Source: an uncultured Actinomycetes bacterium (GTDB taxonomy: Bacteria; Actinomycetota; CADDZG01; JAHWKV01). Taken from it: a DNA stretch of 64,000 bases. Location: assembly GCA_964501265.1 (NCBI GenBank), contig CAZCSK010000003.1:436-64435 (forward strand), read 5' to 3'. This document shows positions 53,561 to 63,093 of the stretch, one piece after another (position 1 is the first letter of the stretch; every line of letters starts with the position of its first letter). The notes under the pieces were generated by a model. It was given only the letters and a program-made list of their open reading frames with translations. It was not told the DNA's origin and made no database searches. Both the position numbers and the translations under genes were made by a program.

Positions 53561-54986
53561 TTGCAGCCCTTAGGCGTTCGAGGCTGATCTGCTTGCCGAT
53601 TATTGCCATCACGTCGAAGATGGGCAACCCCACGGTCGATCCAGTTATCGCCACGAAAAATGGCAGAAACGCTGTCTTGGGTTTGAGATCCATCTCCTGC
53701 TGAATAGCGCGCAGCGTCGCCTCCACCGACTCTTTGTCCCAGGAAGCAACCTCCTCCAAGGCCGCGATCGCCTTGCGAAGAAGTTCGGGAACGTGATCTT
53801 GGTCCAGACCTTTTGCCACCGCCGCGGGATACATCTCGACACCATTTAGAACGGGCCCCAGGTAGGAAGCCGCCTCTTCCAATCGTTTTATTCTTGTCTT
53901 CAATAAAGGCGCGGCGGCCTGAAGACGCTCCGCCTGCTCCGCCGAAGGAGGGTCGTCGACCAATCCTTTCAACCAAGGTCGCAGGCGCTTCTCGAACTCC
54001 TCGTCCGACAAGCCCCGAACGTATTCGCCATTCATCCAGTCCAGCTTCTTAACATCGAGTCTTGCCGGAGACGCGTGTACGTGCCCGATGTCGAACCGCG
54101 AAATCAGGTCGTCTTTGCTCATGATTGTTTCGTCGGCAGTCCCCCACCCGAGCAGGGCCATGTAGTTCAGCATCGCCTCCGGCAAGAAGCCCTCGTCGCG
54201 GAAGTCTTCGACAGAAACCGAACCGTGACGCTTTCCCAGTGGTCTTTGATCCCCCACCACTTGCGGGACGTGCGCGAACTCCGGCACGGTGTTGCCCAGA
54301 GCCCGGTGAAGCAGAATCTGTCTCGGCGTATTCGAAAGATGGTCGTCCCCGCGTATCACATGTGTTATTTGCATGGCAGCGTCGTCAACAACTACTCCAA
54401 GTTGGTACAGAGGCGACCCGTCGGACCGAGCGATGACGAAGTCGTCCATTTGATCGTTCTGGACTTCAACGTCGCCGACCACCAAGTCGTGAAAAACTGT
54501 CACACCTTCATCGGGAACGTGGAAACGAAGCCCAGACGGCTTGCCGGCGGCTTCGTTGTCGGCGCGCTCGGAGTCGCTCAGCAAGTAGCAACGTCCGTCG
54601 TAGCCCGGCCTGCGCTTCTCGGCCTCCGCCGCCTTCCTCCGCTCCCCCAGTTCCTCCGGCGTGCAGTAGCAACGGTAGGCGGCTCCCGACTCCAAGAGAC
54701 TCGCCGCGGCGGCCCCATGCGAGTCTTCTCGCTCGGATTGACGGTACGGGCCGAACTCGCCGGGCACCTCCGGCCCTTCATCCCAATCGAGTCCGAGCCA
54801 GCGAAGATCTTCGAGTACTGACCGATAGGCCTCTTCAGTGAATCGGGCCTTGTCGGTGTCCTCGATTCTGAGAATGATGACGCCCCCTTTGTTGCGGGCG
54901 AAAAGCCAGTTGAAAAGAAAGGTCCGAACATTGCCGACATGCAGTGACCCGCTCGGCGCGGGTGCCATACGAACCCGAACGGTCAC
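53523..54986 (-). CDS. gltX: Glutamate--tRNA ligase
   Basis: 487 aa. Class I motifs APAPSGSLHVGNVRTFLFNW (HIGH-like) and LGKRHGSVS (KMSKS-like). Typical GluRS body (ILRIEDTD, VIRGDDHLSNT). Confidence 0.9.
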   Translation of the reverse strand: MTVRVRMAPAPSGSLHVGNVRTFLFNWLFARNKGGVIILRIEDTDKARFTEEAYRSVLEDLRWLGLDWDEGPEVPGEFGPYRQSEREDSHGAAAASLLESGAAYRCYCTPEELGERRKAAEAEKRRPGYDGRCYLLSDSERADNEAAGKPSGLRFHVPDEGVTVFHDLVVGDVEVQNDQMDDFVIARSDGSPLYQLGVVVDDAAMQITHVIRGDDHLSNTPRQILLHRALGNTVPEFAHVPQVVGDQRPLGKRHGSVSVEDFRDEGFLPEAMLNYMALLGWGTADETIMSKDDLISRFDIGHVHASPARLDVKKLDWMNGEYVRGLSDEEFEKRLRPWLKGLVDDPPSAEQAERLQAAAPLLKTRIKRLEEAASYLGPVLNGVEMYPAAVAKGLDQDHVPELLRKAIAALEEVASWDKESVEATLRAIQQEMDLKPKTAFLPFFVAITGSTVGLPIFDVMAIIGKQISLERLRAAMAAGEGLEPSTF

Positions 54987-55759
54987 GGGGAAGGAGAACC
55001 CTTAACCGTTACGGCCAGAGTCCCGATGCCCTCAATTTCAACTTCAATTTTGTCGCCCGTCACCAGCTCGCCGATCCCAGCAGGCGTACCCGTCATGATC
55101 ACGTCGCCGGGCAGCAGCGTCACGAATCGACTCACAAACTCGATCACGGCGCTCACGTCGAATATGAGTTGAGATGTGCGGCTCTTCTGCTTCGTTTGAC
55201 CGTTGATTCGCGTCTCGATCGCAAGGTCTCCAGGGTCCACGTCAGTCTCGATCCAGGGGCCGAGTGGCGCGGAAGTGTCGAAGCCCTTGGCCCTCCCCCA
55301 CTGAAGATCCTTCATTTGCTGGTCGCGAGCGGTAGCGTCGATTGCACATGTGTATCCGAGCACGACATCTTTCCAATCCTCCCGTCGCACTCTTTTTGCC
55401 AAGGCGCCGATGACCACCGCGAGTTCCCCTTCGTAATCGAGCCTCTGGCAGTCCGGCGGCCAGACGACGTTGTCGCCGTGACTGATCACAGCGGTCGACG
55501 GCTTGTAGAAAAACATCGGCGTCTCCGGGAGTTCTCGGCCCATCTCAGCCGCGTGGTCTTTGTAGTTGACTCCGATGGCAATGATCTTGGATGGAAGACA
55601 AGGGGCGAGCAGGCGCAAATCACCCAAATCGTAGGTGATGCCGGTCTTTTCGTAAGGAAGAAATGGCGTTGAGGAGATCTCCTCAACTGTGACTAAATCC
55701 GCATGAAGCAGGCCGTACGCGATCCGGCCGCCCTTTTCTGTATAGCGTACAAATTTCAT
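54983..55759 (-). CDS. Fumarylacetoacetate hydrolase (FAH) family protein
   Basis: 258 aa. IIAIGVNYKDHAAEMG, FFYKPSTAV, DYEGELAVVIG, GDVIMTGTPAGIG. Its stop forms an ATGA overlap with the gltX start. Confidence 0.85.
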   Translation of the reverse strand: MKFVRYTEKGGRIAYGLLHADLVTVEEISSTPFLPYEKTGITYDLGDLRLLAPCLPSKIIAIGVNYKDHAAEMGRELPETPMFFYKPSTAVISHGDNVVWPPDCQRLDYEGELAVVIGALAKRVRREDWKDVVLGYTCAIDATARDQQMKDLQWGRAKGFDTSAPLGPWIETDVDPGDLAIETRINGQTKQKSRTSQLIFDVSAVIEFVSRFVTLLPGDVIMTGTPAGIGELVTGDKIEVEIEGIGTLAVTVKGSPSP

Positions 55760-55775
55760 GGATTCGAAGCGTAGT

Positions 55776-56702
55776 CTACGCGACGGGTGCGAGCTTGCGG
55801 GACCAACTCTCTAGGACTCCGACCCAATAATCGATGGGCTGGCCATGTTCGTGAAGCCAACGAATTGTGGAGGTTGCCCTCGCCATGCCGTAGGCGGGCA
55901 ACTTGGTCCGAAGTCGGTCCTGGGTCGCGCCGGTGGGATCGTAGCCCTGCAAGACCTCCGAGTAACCACGGGATTCGTGCGTAAACATGACTCCGAACTC
56001 CCAGTCCGGGTCTCCGCACTTGACGTCTCCGAAATCGATGAGCGCCGTGATGGACTCGGTGGCAGGGTCGACAAAGACATGCCGGAAGTCAAAATCACCA
56101 TGCAACAGACAGCTTCGGCCGGACCACTCCAGAAGCGAAGAATCGCGCAACTCTTGAGTGGCTCGCCGCAGATCCGGTGGAATTAGATCTTGCGGGATCA
56201 AGTACTCGAGACCCCAGTCAATGGTGCCCGCAATTTCCGACTTCCACTCATCACGCGCCCCTCGAACCTCACCTTTGGCAAACGCCTCGCGCGAAAGCCA
56301 CCCGTAGCCGTCGAGCGTAGCGGAGTGCAACTGTCGGATCAGCTCCCCTATTTCCTCATAGAGCCGAGGCCGCGCCTGGACGGAGATCTCAGCTTGTTCG
56401 AGGGCGACTCCATCGATCTTGGTCATGATGAAGTAAGCCTGCGGGAGGAGGCTCTTGCTGTAGTCCTCGGCCAAAACTTGCGGAACCGGCACTCCAAGAC
56501 TTGCAGCGCGGCCAAGCGCCCAGGCCTCGAGCCCCAAGTTGCCTTCCCACCCGGCCTTAAGGATTACATCGCCCGACGTGTAGACCGCTTCGTAAACGAA
56601 GTTGTCCCAAGCGGCAACCAGCCGGACATCGTCTGGCGTTTTTCCGAGAGTCTTGGACAACACGTCGGCGACCAGCGCCGCGGCATAGGGCTCAACTTTC
56701 AT
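55776..56702 (-). CDS. Aminoglycoside/phosphotransferase (APH) family kinase
   Basis: 308 aa. Catalytic LLHGDFDFRHVFVD and LIDFGD motifs. Confidence 0.8.
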   Translation of the reverse strand: MKVEPYAAALVADVLSKTLGKTPDDVRLVAAWDNFVYEAVYTSGDVILKAGWEGNLGLEAWALGRAASLGVPVPQVLAEDYSKSLLPQAYFIMTKIDGVALEQAEISVQARPRLYEEIGELIRQLHSATLDGYGWLSREAFAKGEVRGARDEWKSEIAGTIDWGLEYLIPQDLIPPDLRRATQELRDSSLLEWSGRSCLLHGDFDFRHVFVDPATESITALIDFGDVKCGDPDWEFGVMFTHESRGYSEVLQGYDPTGATQDRLRTKLPAYGMARATSTIRWLHEHGQPIDYWVGVLESWSRKLAPVA

Positions 56703-56713
56703 GGTTGATGCAG

Positions 56714-58531
56714 TCAGCCGACGAGGCTATCGGCCCACTGGCTGTGGAGGGCCGCATAGCGGCCCTCGCCGCCGATCAAGTCTGCCGGAGCGCCGTCTTC
56801 CACAATGCGTCCGTCCTCTATGACGAGCACGCGGTCGGCGATTTCCACCGTGGAAAGACGATGGGCGATGATGAATGCAGTCCGGTCGGAAAGAAGTGTC
56901 CGAAGGGCGTGCTGAACCAACCGCTCTGTCGGAATGTCGAGCGATGACGTGGCCTCGTCAAGGATCAAAACAGACGGGTCGGCAAGAAATGCTCGGGCGA
57001 ACGCGATCAACTGGCGCTGACCGGCAGACAATCTTCCTCCGCGCTTCTTGACGTCGGTGTCGTATCCGTTGAGCAACTTCGATATGAACCCGTGCGCCCC
57101 TATAGCTGTCGCCGCCGCCTCGATCTCGGCCCGAGTGGCATCGGGACGCCCAAAGGCAATGTTGTCCGCAACGCTGCCACCGAACAGGAAACTCTCCTGC
57201 GTGACGACTGTGATGGCGCGGCGAAGCCGCCACTCTGGCAGCTCTCGAAGATCAATGCCGTCGACTAGCACACGCCCCTCGCTCGGATCGTAGAAACGCG
57301 CGATCAACTTTGCGATCGTCGACTTGCCGGCGCCGGTTGCGCCTACCAGCGCGACTGTTTGCGCCGCGGGAACGTCCAACGACACGTTGTGCAGCACAGG
57401 CTTTTCCCCATAGGCGAATGTGACATCGTCAAGTGTCACCCGCCCGGCAACCAGCTCCGGTATCACGGGAAACTGCGGCTCCGCAACCCACGGGACCTCG
57501 TCAATCACTCCGGCCAGCTTTTCCAGAGCCGCTGAAGCTGCCTTGAACACGTTGTAGAACTGACTCAAATCCTGTAGCGGTCCAAAGAACCGGTTGAGAT
57601 AGAAGACGAAGCTGAGCAAGATTCCGATTGTGATTTCGTCGTCGATCACCAAAATCGCGCCGTAAAGCAAGACGATCGCCGTTGACAGGCGCCCGAGGAA
57701 TCGAATGCCCGGCCCGAACTTGGCCGCAAGTAAGTCGGAGTCAAGACGCGCCGCGCGATAGCGCTCGGTGAGCCCCTCGAATATCTCGGTATTGCGGGCC
57801 TCACGCCGGAAGGCGTGACCGGCCCGGATGCCGCCTAGAGACTCGTTATAGAAGATAATCACCAATGCCACGGCGTCTCTGACTGCCCGGTAAATCTTTT
57901 CCGAATGATTGCGGAACCACAAGGTGAGCAAGATCACCAGCGGGAAGGTCACCAACGAAACCGCCGCCAGTTTTGGGTCCTTGAAGAACAAGATCACGAC
58001 AATACCGATCACCGCAAGCATGTTCACTACGACCTCATGAAGACCGGTCTGCAGCAACTCCGAGAGGGCCTCTATATCGGATGTGAGCCGTGCCACGACG
58101 CGCCCGGACGTGTATTTTTCATGGAACGAGAGGCTCAGTTCCTGGAATTTCTTGAAAACCATTCGGCGCAGATCGAAAAGCACATCCTGGCCCATCTTTC
58201 CTGAGATCCAAAGGAAAAATCCCCACGTGATGTTGTTGACGATGAAAACACCAACGACAAGGAAAACCAGTCGCACGAGGGCGTCGACGTTTTGCGCCTC
58301 GACGCCCTTGTCCAGAACGACACCCAAGAGGTGTGGCTCCAAAAGCCAGGTGGCAAGGTTGATGACCATCAGGGCCGTGGTGATAGCGAGCGCTTTTCGG
58401 TAGGGACGAAGCAGGGTGCCGAGGAGCGCGCGGCTTCGCCGACGCAGGAGCGCGGACGCCTTGGCGCTGAACTCATCTTCATCTTCTTTTGCTTCCGTGA
58501 CTACGCCTCGCCAGGCATTAGCGTCGGTCAT
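56714..58531 (-). CDS. ABC exporter, fused permease/ATPase (MdlB-like half transporter)
   Basis: 605 aa with six-TM N-terminal half. GATGAGKST, LSAGQRQLIAFARA, ILILDEATSSLD. Confidence 0.85.
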   Translation of the reverse strand: MTDANAWRGVVTEAKEDEDEFSAKASALLRRRSRALLGTLLRPYRKALAITTALMVINLATWLLEPHLLGVVLDKGVEAQNVDALVRLVFLVVGVFIVNNITWGFFLWISGKMGQDVLFDLRRMVFKKFQELSLSFHEKYTSGRVVARLTSDIEALSELLQTGLHEVVVNMLAVIGIVVILFFKDPKLAAVSLVTFPLVILLTLWFRNHSEKIYRAVRDAVALVIIFYNESLGGIRAGHAFRREARNTEIFEGLTERYRAARLDSDLLAAKFGPGIRFLGRLSTAIVLLYGAILVIDDEITIGILLSFVFYLNRFFGPLQDLSQFYNVFKAASAALEKLAGVIDEVPWVAEPQFPVIPELVAGRVTLDDVTFAYGEKPVLHNVSLDVPAAQTVALVGATGAGKSTIAKLIARFYDPSEGRVLVDGIDLRELPEWRLRRAITVVTQESFLFGGSVADNIAFGRPDATRAEIEAAATAIGAHGFISKLLNGYDTDVKKRGGRLSAGQRQLIAFARAFLADPSVLILDEATSSLDIPTERLVQHALRTLLSDRTAFIIAHRLSTVEIADRVLVIEDGRIVEDGAPADLIGGEGRYAALHSQWADSLVG

Positions 58532-60291
58532 GCGTTCACCTCCTCTTCGTGCATGGTTTCCAAATCTTCAGCTTCTTGCGACAGCACCGCGCGGTACAGG
58601 GGCTCGGTGGCCATCAGGTCATGGTGAGTGCCGACCGCGACGATGGTGCCGCCGTCGAGCAATGCCACGCGGTCCGCCAGGGCAAGCGTCGAGGGCCGGT
58701 GGACCACAAGGATCGCGGTCACGCCGGCGAGCACCCGGTGAAGGGCCTCTTCAATAGCCGCCTCGGTGTGAACGTCGACCGACGACAGCGGGTCGTCGAG
58801 AACGAGCACACGCGGACTACCCAGCACGGCCCGGGCCAAGGCGAGACGCTGGCGCTGACCGCCGGACAATGTGTGCCCCTGCTCCCCCACGCGCGTTTCC
58901 AGCCCGAACGGCAACTCAAACACGAACTCTGCCTGAGCGGTCCGCAGGGCAACGCCTATCTCGTCGTCTGTCGCGCCGGGACGACCCATGACCAAGTTCT
59001 CGCGAACGCTCGCAGAGAAAAGGATTGGATCCTCGAACGCAACGCCGATTTGCTTCCTGAGCGAAGACACAGTTAGGTCCGCAACATCCTCACCGTCGAG
59101 CGCGATCCGTCCCTCCGTGACGTCGTAGAGGCGCGGGATCAACATCGCAAGAGTGGTCTTCCCGCATCCGGTTTTACCCACCACGGCAAGCGTCTCTCCC
59201 GGAACAATCTTTAGGTTCACGTCCTTTAGGACCCAGTCGGCTGTACCGTCATATCGGAACCAAACGTGGTCGAAAACGATTTCGCCTTCAGCGGTTTCGA
59301 GGACGCGGGCGCCGGGACGATCGGTGATCTCGGGCTGCGTGTCGAACACCTCGAACAACCGCTCAGTCGCCGTGCGGGCCTCTTCGGAAATCGCGATTAT
59401 CCAACCCATCGCATCAAGCGGCCAGACCAGCATCTGAACAAAGAGAATGAATGCCACCAGATCGCCCAAAAGCATGTCGCCGTCAATAACGGCCATGCCG
59501 CCGACCACAAGGATGAGAGCCAGCACAGTGTTGGGGAACACACCGAACATCGGCCAGAGCCGGGACGAAAGCCGGACCCAACCCATGCTTGACTCGCGCA
59601 GAAGCTCGGCTGCCGCCCGGAACTTCTTGCGCACCTCCGGGCCTCGGCCGAAGGCCTTGATGATTCTGATGCCGGTCGCCGACTCCTCGATGACCGTGCC
59701 CAAATCGCCCTGTTGATCCTGGATGCGCCGCGCGATCTTGCGGTATTGGCGTCCGAACGTGTAGCTAATAAAACCCACAGGAAGTATTCCTATGGTTGAA
59801 ATCAATGCCAAGCGTGTGTCTATTTTGAAGAGACGCGTGACTATATAGACGAACTGGTAACTAAGGATCACAAGGAAGGGAAGAGCAAACCCTACAAACC
59901 GTCGGATGGAACTGACGTCCTGGATGGCGCGCGAAAGCAGCTGCCCTGTCTGCCAGCCATCGTGGAACGAGACATCCAGCCTCTGGAGATGGTTGTATAG
60001 GTCGTTACGGACGTTCATCTCGACGGCATGCGACACCCTCGAAAGCGCCCTTCGTCGAGCGTAGGCGAGGGTCACCTCGGCTATTCCAAACGCGATCATT
60101 AGTCCGATCAAGGGCCAAAGGCGACTTCGCTCGGCCGCATGGGCGATCGGGCCATCGATCACCTGCTTTGTCAGGACCGGAATCCGAGCCTCAAACGTGA
60201 CCTCGACAAAAGAGAGCGCGATCGCAAGGAGCAGCATGCGGGCGTGAGGCTTGACGTATGGAATTATTCGTAACAACGCATGCGAACGCAT
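58528..60291 (-). CDS. ABC exporter, fused permease/ATPase (MdlA-like half transporter)
   Basis: 587 aa with a 4-nt overlap to the downstream partner. GKTGCGKTT, LSGGQRQRLALARA, VLVLDDPLSSVD. Confidence 0.85.
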   Translation of the reverse strand: MRSHALLRIIPYVKPHARMLLLAIALSFVEVTFEARIPVLTKQVIDGPIAHAAERSRLWPLIGLMIAFGIAEVTLAYARRRALSRVSHAVEMNVRNDLYNHLQRLDVSFHDGWQTGQLLSRAIQDVSSIRRFVGFALPFLVILSYQFVYIVTRLFKIDTRLALISTIGILPVGFISYTFGRQYRKIARRIQDQQGDLGTVIEESATGIRIIKAFGRGPEVRKKFRAAAELLRESSMGWVRLSSRLWPMFGVFPNTVLALILVVGGMAVIDGDMLLGDLVAFILFVQMLVWPLDAMGWIIAISEEARTATERLFEVFDTQPEITDRPGARVLETAEGEIVFDHVWFRYDGTADWVLKDVNLKIVPGETLAVVGKTGCGKTTLAMLIPRLYDVTEGRIALDGEDVADLTVSSLRKQIGVAFEDPILFSASVRENLVMGRPGATDDEIGVALRTAQAEFVFELPFGLETRVGEQGHTLSGGQRQRLALARAVLGSPRVLVLDDPLSSVDVHTEAAIEEALHRVLAGVTAILVVHRPSTLALADRVALLDGGTIVAVGTHHDLMATEPLYRAVLSQEAEDLETMHEEEVNA

Positions 60292-60506
60292 GGATAGAAC
60301 CTTTCGAATAAATTGCTGGACTGTTTGCCGTCCTGGCCCCGAGGGGACGACCTTTGTCGGCCGTTGGAGGGTGTTCAGCCCGAAGAGTGCTGGCTTGAAG
60401 TGCGCCGGCCCGACCCGAGAAGGAAATTTATTGTAGCAGACCTTGGCTTCCCCGCGCTACTCTTCTGAAAGATTTCAACTACGATCGTGAGGAAGGAGGG
60501 CGCTGA

Positions 60507-62027
60507 ATGGAAAGTCGCGACGGTCCTCAGTTCCTTCTCGGCCGCTACCGGCTGGAGGAGGAGGTTGGGGCGGGCGGTATGGGGACCGTGGTACGGGGCC
60601 GAGACGAGTTGCTCGGCCGAACTGTGGCGGTCAAGTTGCTCAAGGACGAGTTCGCCCGCGATCCGAAGACGGTCGAGCGGTTCGCGAGGGAAGCTCGCAT
60701 CGCCGCATCGCTCTCCCATCCGGGGATTGCCCCGGTCTATGACTTCGGCGAGGAAGATGGCCGGTCCTTCATCGTCATGGAGTACCTCGATGGCGAGGAT
60801 CTCCGTTCCCTGATCGCTCGGGAGGGCCCGATAGATCCGACAACAGCCGCAGATATTGTCGCCCGCGCCGCTGAAGCCCTCGACCACGCGCATAGCAGCG
60901 GCGCGGTTCACCGAGACGTCAAGCCCGCCAACATATTCCTGACCCAGGGCGGCGAGGTGAAGGTAACCGACTTTGGGATCGCACAAGCTGCTGACGAGGC
61001 CGCCGTTACAGCCACGGGAGCTTTCCTTGGAACGCTTCGATACGTCTCCCCCGAGCAGGCCAAGGGTGAACCGGCCACGCCGGCGAGCGACATCTATTCG
61101 CTCGGTTGCGTTCTCTTCGAATTACTTGTTGGTGCCCCTCCTTTCGAAGGGGCACCGGCCGCCCTCTCGATGGCCCACGTCTCGAAGACTCCGCCGCAGA
61201 TCAGTGACTTCATAAAGGAGATCCCGGAGGGGATTAATGAGGTGGTGGCACGAGCGCTTGAGAAGGATCCAGCTGACCGATTTGAAACGGCGGAGGCGAT
61301 GGCAGGCGCCCTGAGGGCCACCGCCGGCGACCCCACGTTGGAATCTCCCGTCGCGCCGGTGATCGACGGCGCCCCCACTATCGCGATGTCTCTGGGCGAC
61401 AAGACCCTGCAGCTTGAGCCAGAAGTGCAGCTGCAAAAGCAGGCGCTTCCGATAATTAAGCCAGCTTTTTCCTTATTCAGGCCGCAACTGCGCCGGGGCC
61501 GCAGCAAGCGCGTTTCCCGCTCTGTTCTAGCGGTTGCTGCGCTCGCCGGGGCTGTCTTAGTGGCGCTCGCGTTATCGGGGCCGCTCGGAGGAGGTGACTC
61601 GGGCTCGCTTCCCGAGTTCGTAGGCAAGCAGATCGAGGAGGCCCGACGATTGGCGGAGGACAGCAACGTCAACTTGCAGGAAGTTTCGACCCCCTCCGAA
61701 GAGCCTGTCGGCAGAGTCCTTCGACAGGAGCCTGGGCCGGGCGCTGAAGTTCAGCCTGGCTTGACCGTTCGGCTTTTCGTATCCACAGGCGTCCCCCTGA
61801 TCCCAGTCCCCAACGTCGTAGGCAAAAACATCGAAGACGCCAAGAAGCAACTGGAAGATGCCGGATTCAAAGCGACCGTCGTGGGCACGGTCGAGGGCGA
61901 CCGCGACGGCATCGTGACCGCTCAGGATCCCCCGGGAGGAACCCCTGCCGCCAAGGACTCGACCGTTGGCCTTACGATTTCCGAGGAGGGAGACGGACAC
62001 GGAAAGGGGCGGGGAGGGAAGGACTGA
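60507..62027 (+). CDS. Ser/Thr protein kinase with C-terminal PASTA domains (PknB-like)
   Basis: 506 aa. GAGGMGTVVRG, VAVKLL, HRDVKPANIF, DFGIA. A TM helix followed by two PASTA-like repeats (LPEFVGKQIEEARRLAE...; VPNVVGKNIEDAKKQLEDAGF...). Confidence 0.85.
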   Translation: MESRDGPQFLLGRYRLEEEVGAGGMGTVVRGRDELLGRTVAVKLLKDEFARDPKTVERFAREARIAASLSHPGIAPVYDFGEEDGRSFIVMEYLDGEDLRSLIAREGPIDPTTAADIVARAAEALDHAHSSGAVHRDVKPANIFLTQGGEVKVTDFGIAQAADEAAVTATGAFLGTLRYVSPEQAKGEPATPASDIYSLGCVLFELLVGAPPFEGAPAALSMAHVSKTPPQISDFIKEIPEGINEVVARALEKDPADRFETAEAMAGALRATAGDPTLESPVAPVIDGAPTIAMSLGDKTLQLEPEVQLQKQALPIIKPAFSLFRPQLRRGRSKRVSRSVLAVAALAGAVLVALALSGPLGGGDSGSLPEFVGKQIEEARRLAEDSNVNLQEVSTPSEEPVGRVLRQEPGPGAEVQPGLTVRLFVSTGVPLIPVPNVVGKNIEDAKKQLEDAGFKATVVGTVEGDRDGIVTAQDPPGGTPAAKDSTVGLTISEEGDGHGKGRGGKD

Positions 62028-62028
62028 C

Positions 62029-62958
62029 TCAACTGGTCAGGACGTACTCGTTCCAATCGGAGTACTTCTCGACCTCGCCCCGCACGCTTGCGAAGAAAAT
62101 CTCTTGGATTTTCTTGGTCACCGCGCCTGGGTCCCCAAGATCGCGCTCGTCCACCGAGCGGATGGGCACCAGTTCGGCCGCGGTCCCGGTCATGAAAGCC
62201 TCATCGGCAGTGTAGAGGTCGGTGCGAACCAGGTTGGTCTCATGCACTCCAATGCCGAGGTCGCGAGCAATCGTCATGATCGAATCTCTCGTTATGCCGC
62301 CGAGCGGCCCCGCAGACAAAGGCGGGGTTAACAAAACCCCGTCGCGGACCACAAAGACGTTTTCCCCCGTCGCATCCGCGATGTACCCCTCCGAGTTGAG
62401 CATGATCGCCTCGTCGTAGCCACTCTTGATGGCTTCGACTTTGGCGAGGCCCGAGTTCAAGTACTGTCCGGTGGCCTTCGCGGCGGGCGGAAGGTTGTTG
62501 TGGTCGTAACGCCGCCACGAGGAGATCTTGGTTCGGACGCCCTTGGTGATGCCATCCTCTCCGAGATACGCCCCCCATACCCAGCTGATGATCGCGACAT
62601 TGACGGGCGCGACCAAGGGATTGAGCCCCATCTCGCCGTAACCGTGGTAGACGATCGGACGGATGTAACAAGATTTTAGTTCGTTAGCTCTAACTGTCTC
62701 TTTGGTCGCCTCGATGATCTGATCGACGCCGTACGGAAGGTCGATCATGTAGATCTTCGCCGAGCGCTTAAGGCGCTGGATGTGATCCGTCAATCTGAAG
62801 ACGGCCGGACCCTTTTTTGTTTCGTAGGCCCTGATCCCCTCAAAAACTCCTGACCCGTAGTGCAGCGTATGGGTCAGAACATGAACTGTGGCTTTCTCCC
62901 ACTCGACCAATTGGCCGTCCATCCATATGTATTTCGTTGGCGTAATTGGCATCCTCAA
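62029..62958 (-). CDS. ilvE: Branched-chain amino acid aminotransferase
   Basis: 309 aa. IWMDGQLVEWEKATVHVLTHTLHYGSGVFEGIRAY, and the fold-type IV PLP pattern including GENVFVV and GITRDS. Confidence 0.85.
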   Translation of the reverse strand: MRMPITPTKYIWMDGQLVEWEKATVHVLTHTLHYGSGVFEGIRAYETKKGPAVFRLTDHIQRLKRSAKIYMIDLPYGVDQIIEATKETVRANELKSCYIRPIVYHGYGEMGLNPLVAPVNVAIISWVWGAYLGEDGITKGVRTKISSWRRYDHNNLPPAAKATGQYLNSGLAKVEAIKSGYDEAIMLNSEGYIADATGENVFVVRDGVLLTPPLSAGPLGGITRDSIMTIARDLGIGVHETNLVRTDLYTADEAFMTGTAAELVPIRSVDERDLGDPGAVTKKIQEIFFASVRGEVEKYSDWNEYVLTS

Positions 62959-63093
62959 ATCCTCCCGGCGGTTAAGTCTTAATTGTAGTGCTAGTAGCTA
63001 GGTTTTTTCCCGTCGCGCATGAGTGCTCGAGAGCGCGACCCCCGTCCTCCGTGGCCCGTTGCGCGGTAGAGGGTCACGCCTCCCCGTTTCGGT

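Noticed and set aside
54075-55672. Plus-strand ORFs 54075..54821 and 54944..55672.
   Set aside because: They are antisense to gltX and to the FAH-family gene, both of which have clear family motifs.
60375-60986. The 203-aa minus-strand ORF.
   Set aside because: It overlaps the N-terminal kinase domain of the PASTA kinase in antisense. No motifs were found.
63001-63050. The hairpin GTCGCGC-N14-GCGCGAC next to a T6/A6 run, considered as a terminator between serA and ilvE.
   Set aside because: On the transcribed (minus) strand the hairpin is followed by an A-run rather than a U-run. On the plus strand the T-run precedes the stem. It therefore does not fit an intrinsic terminator for these genes.
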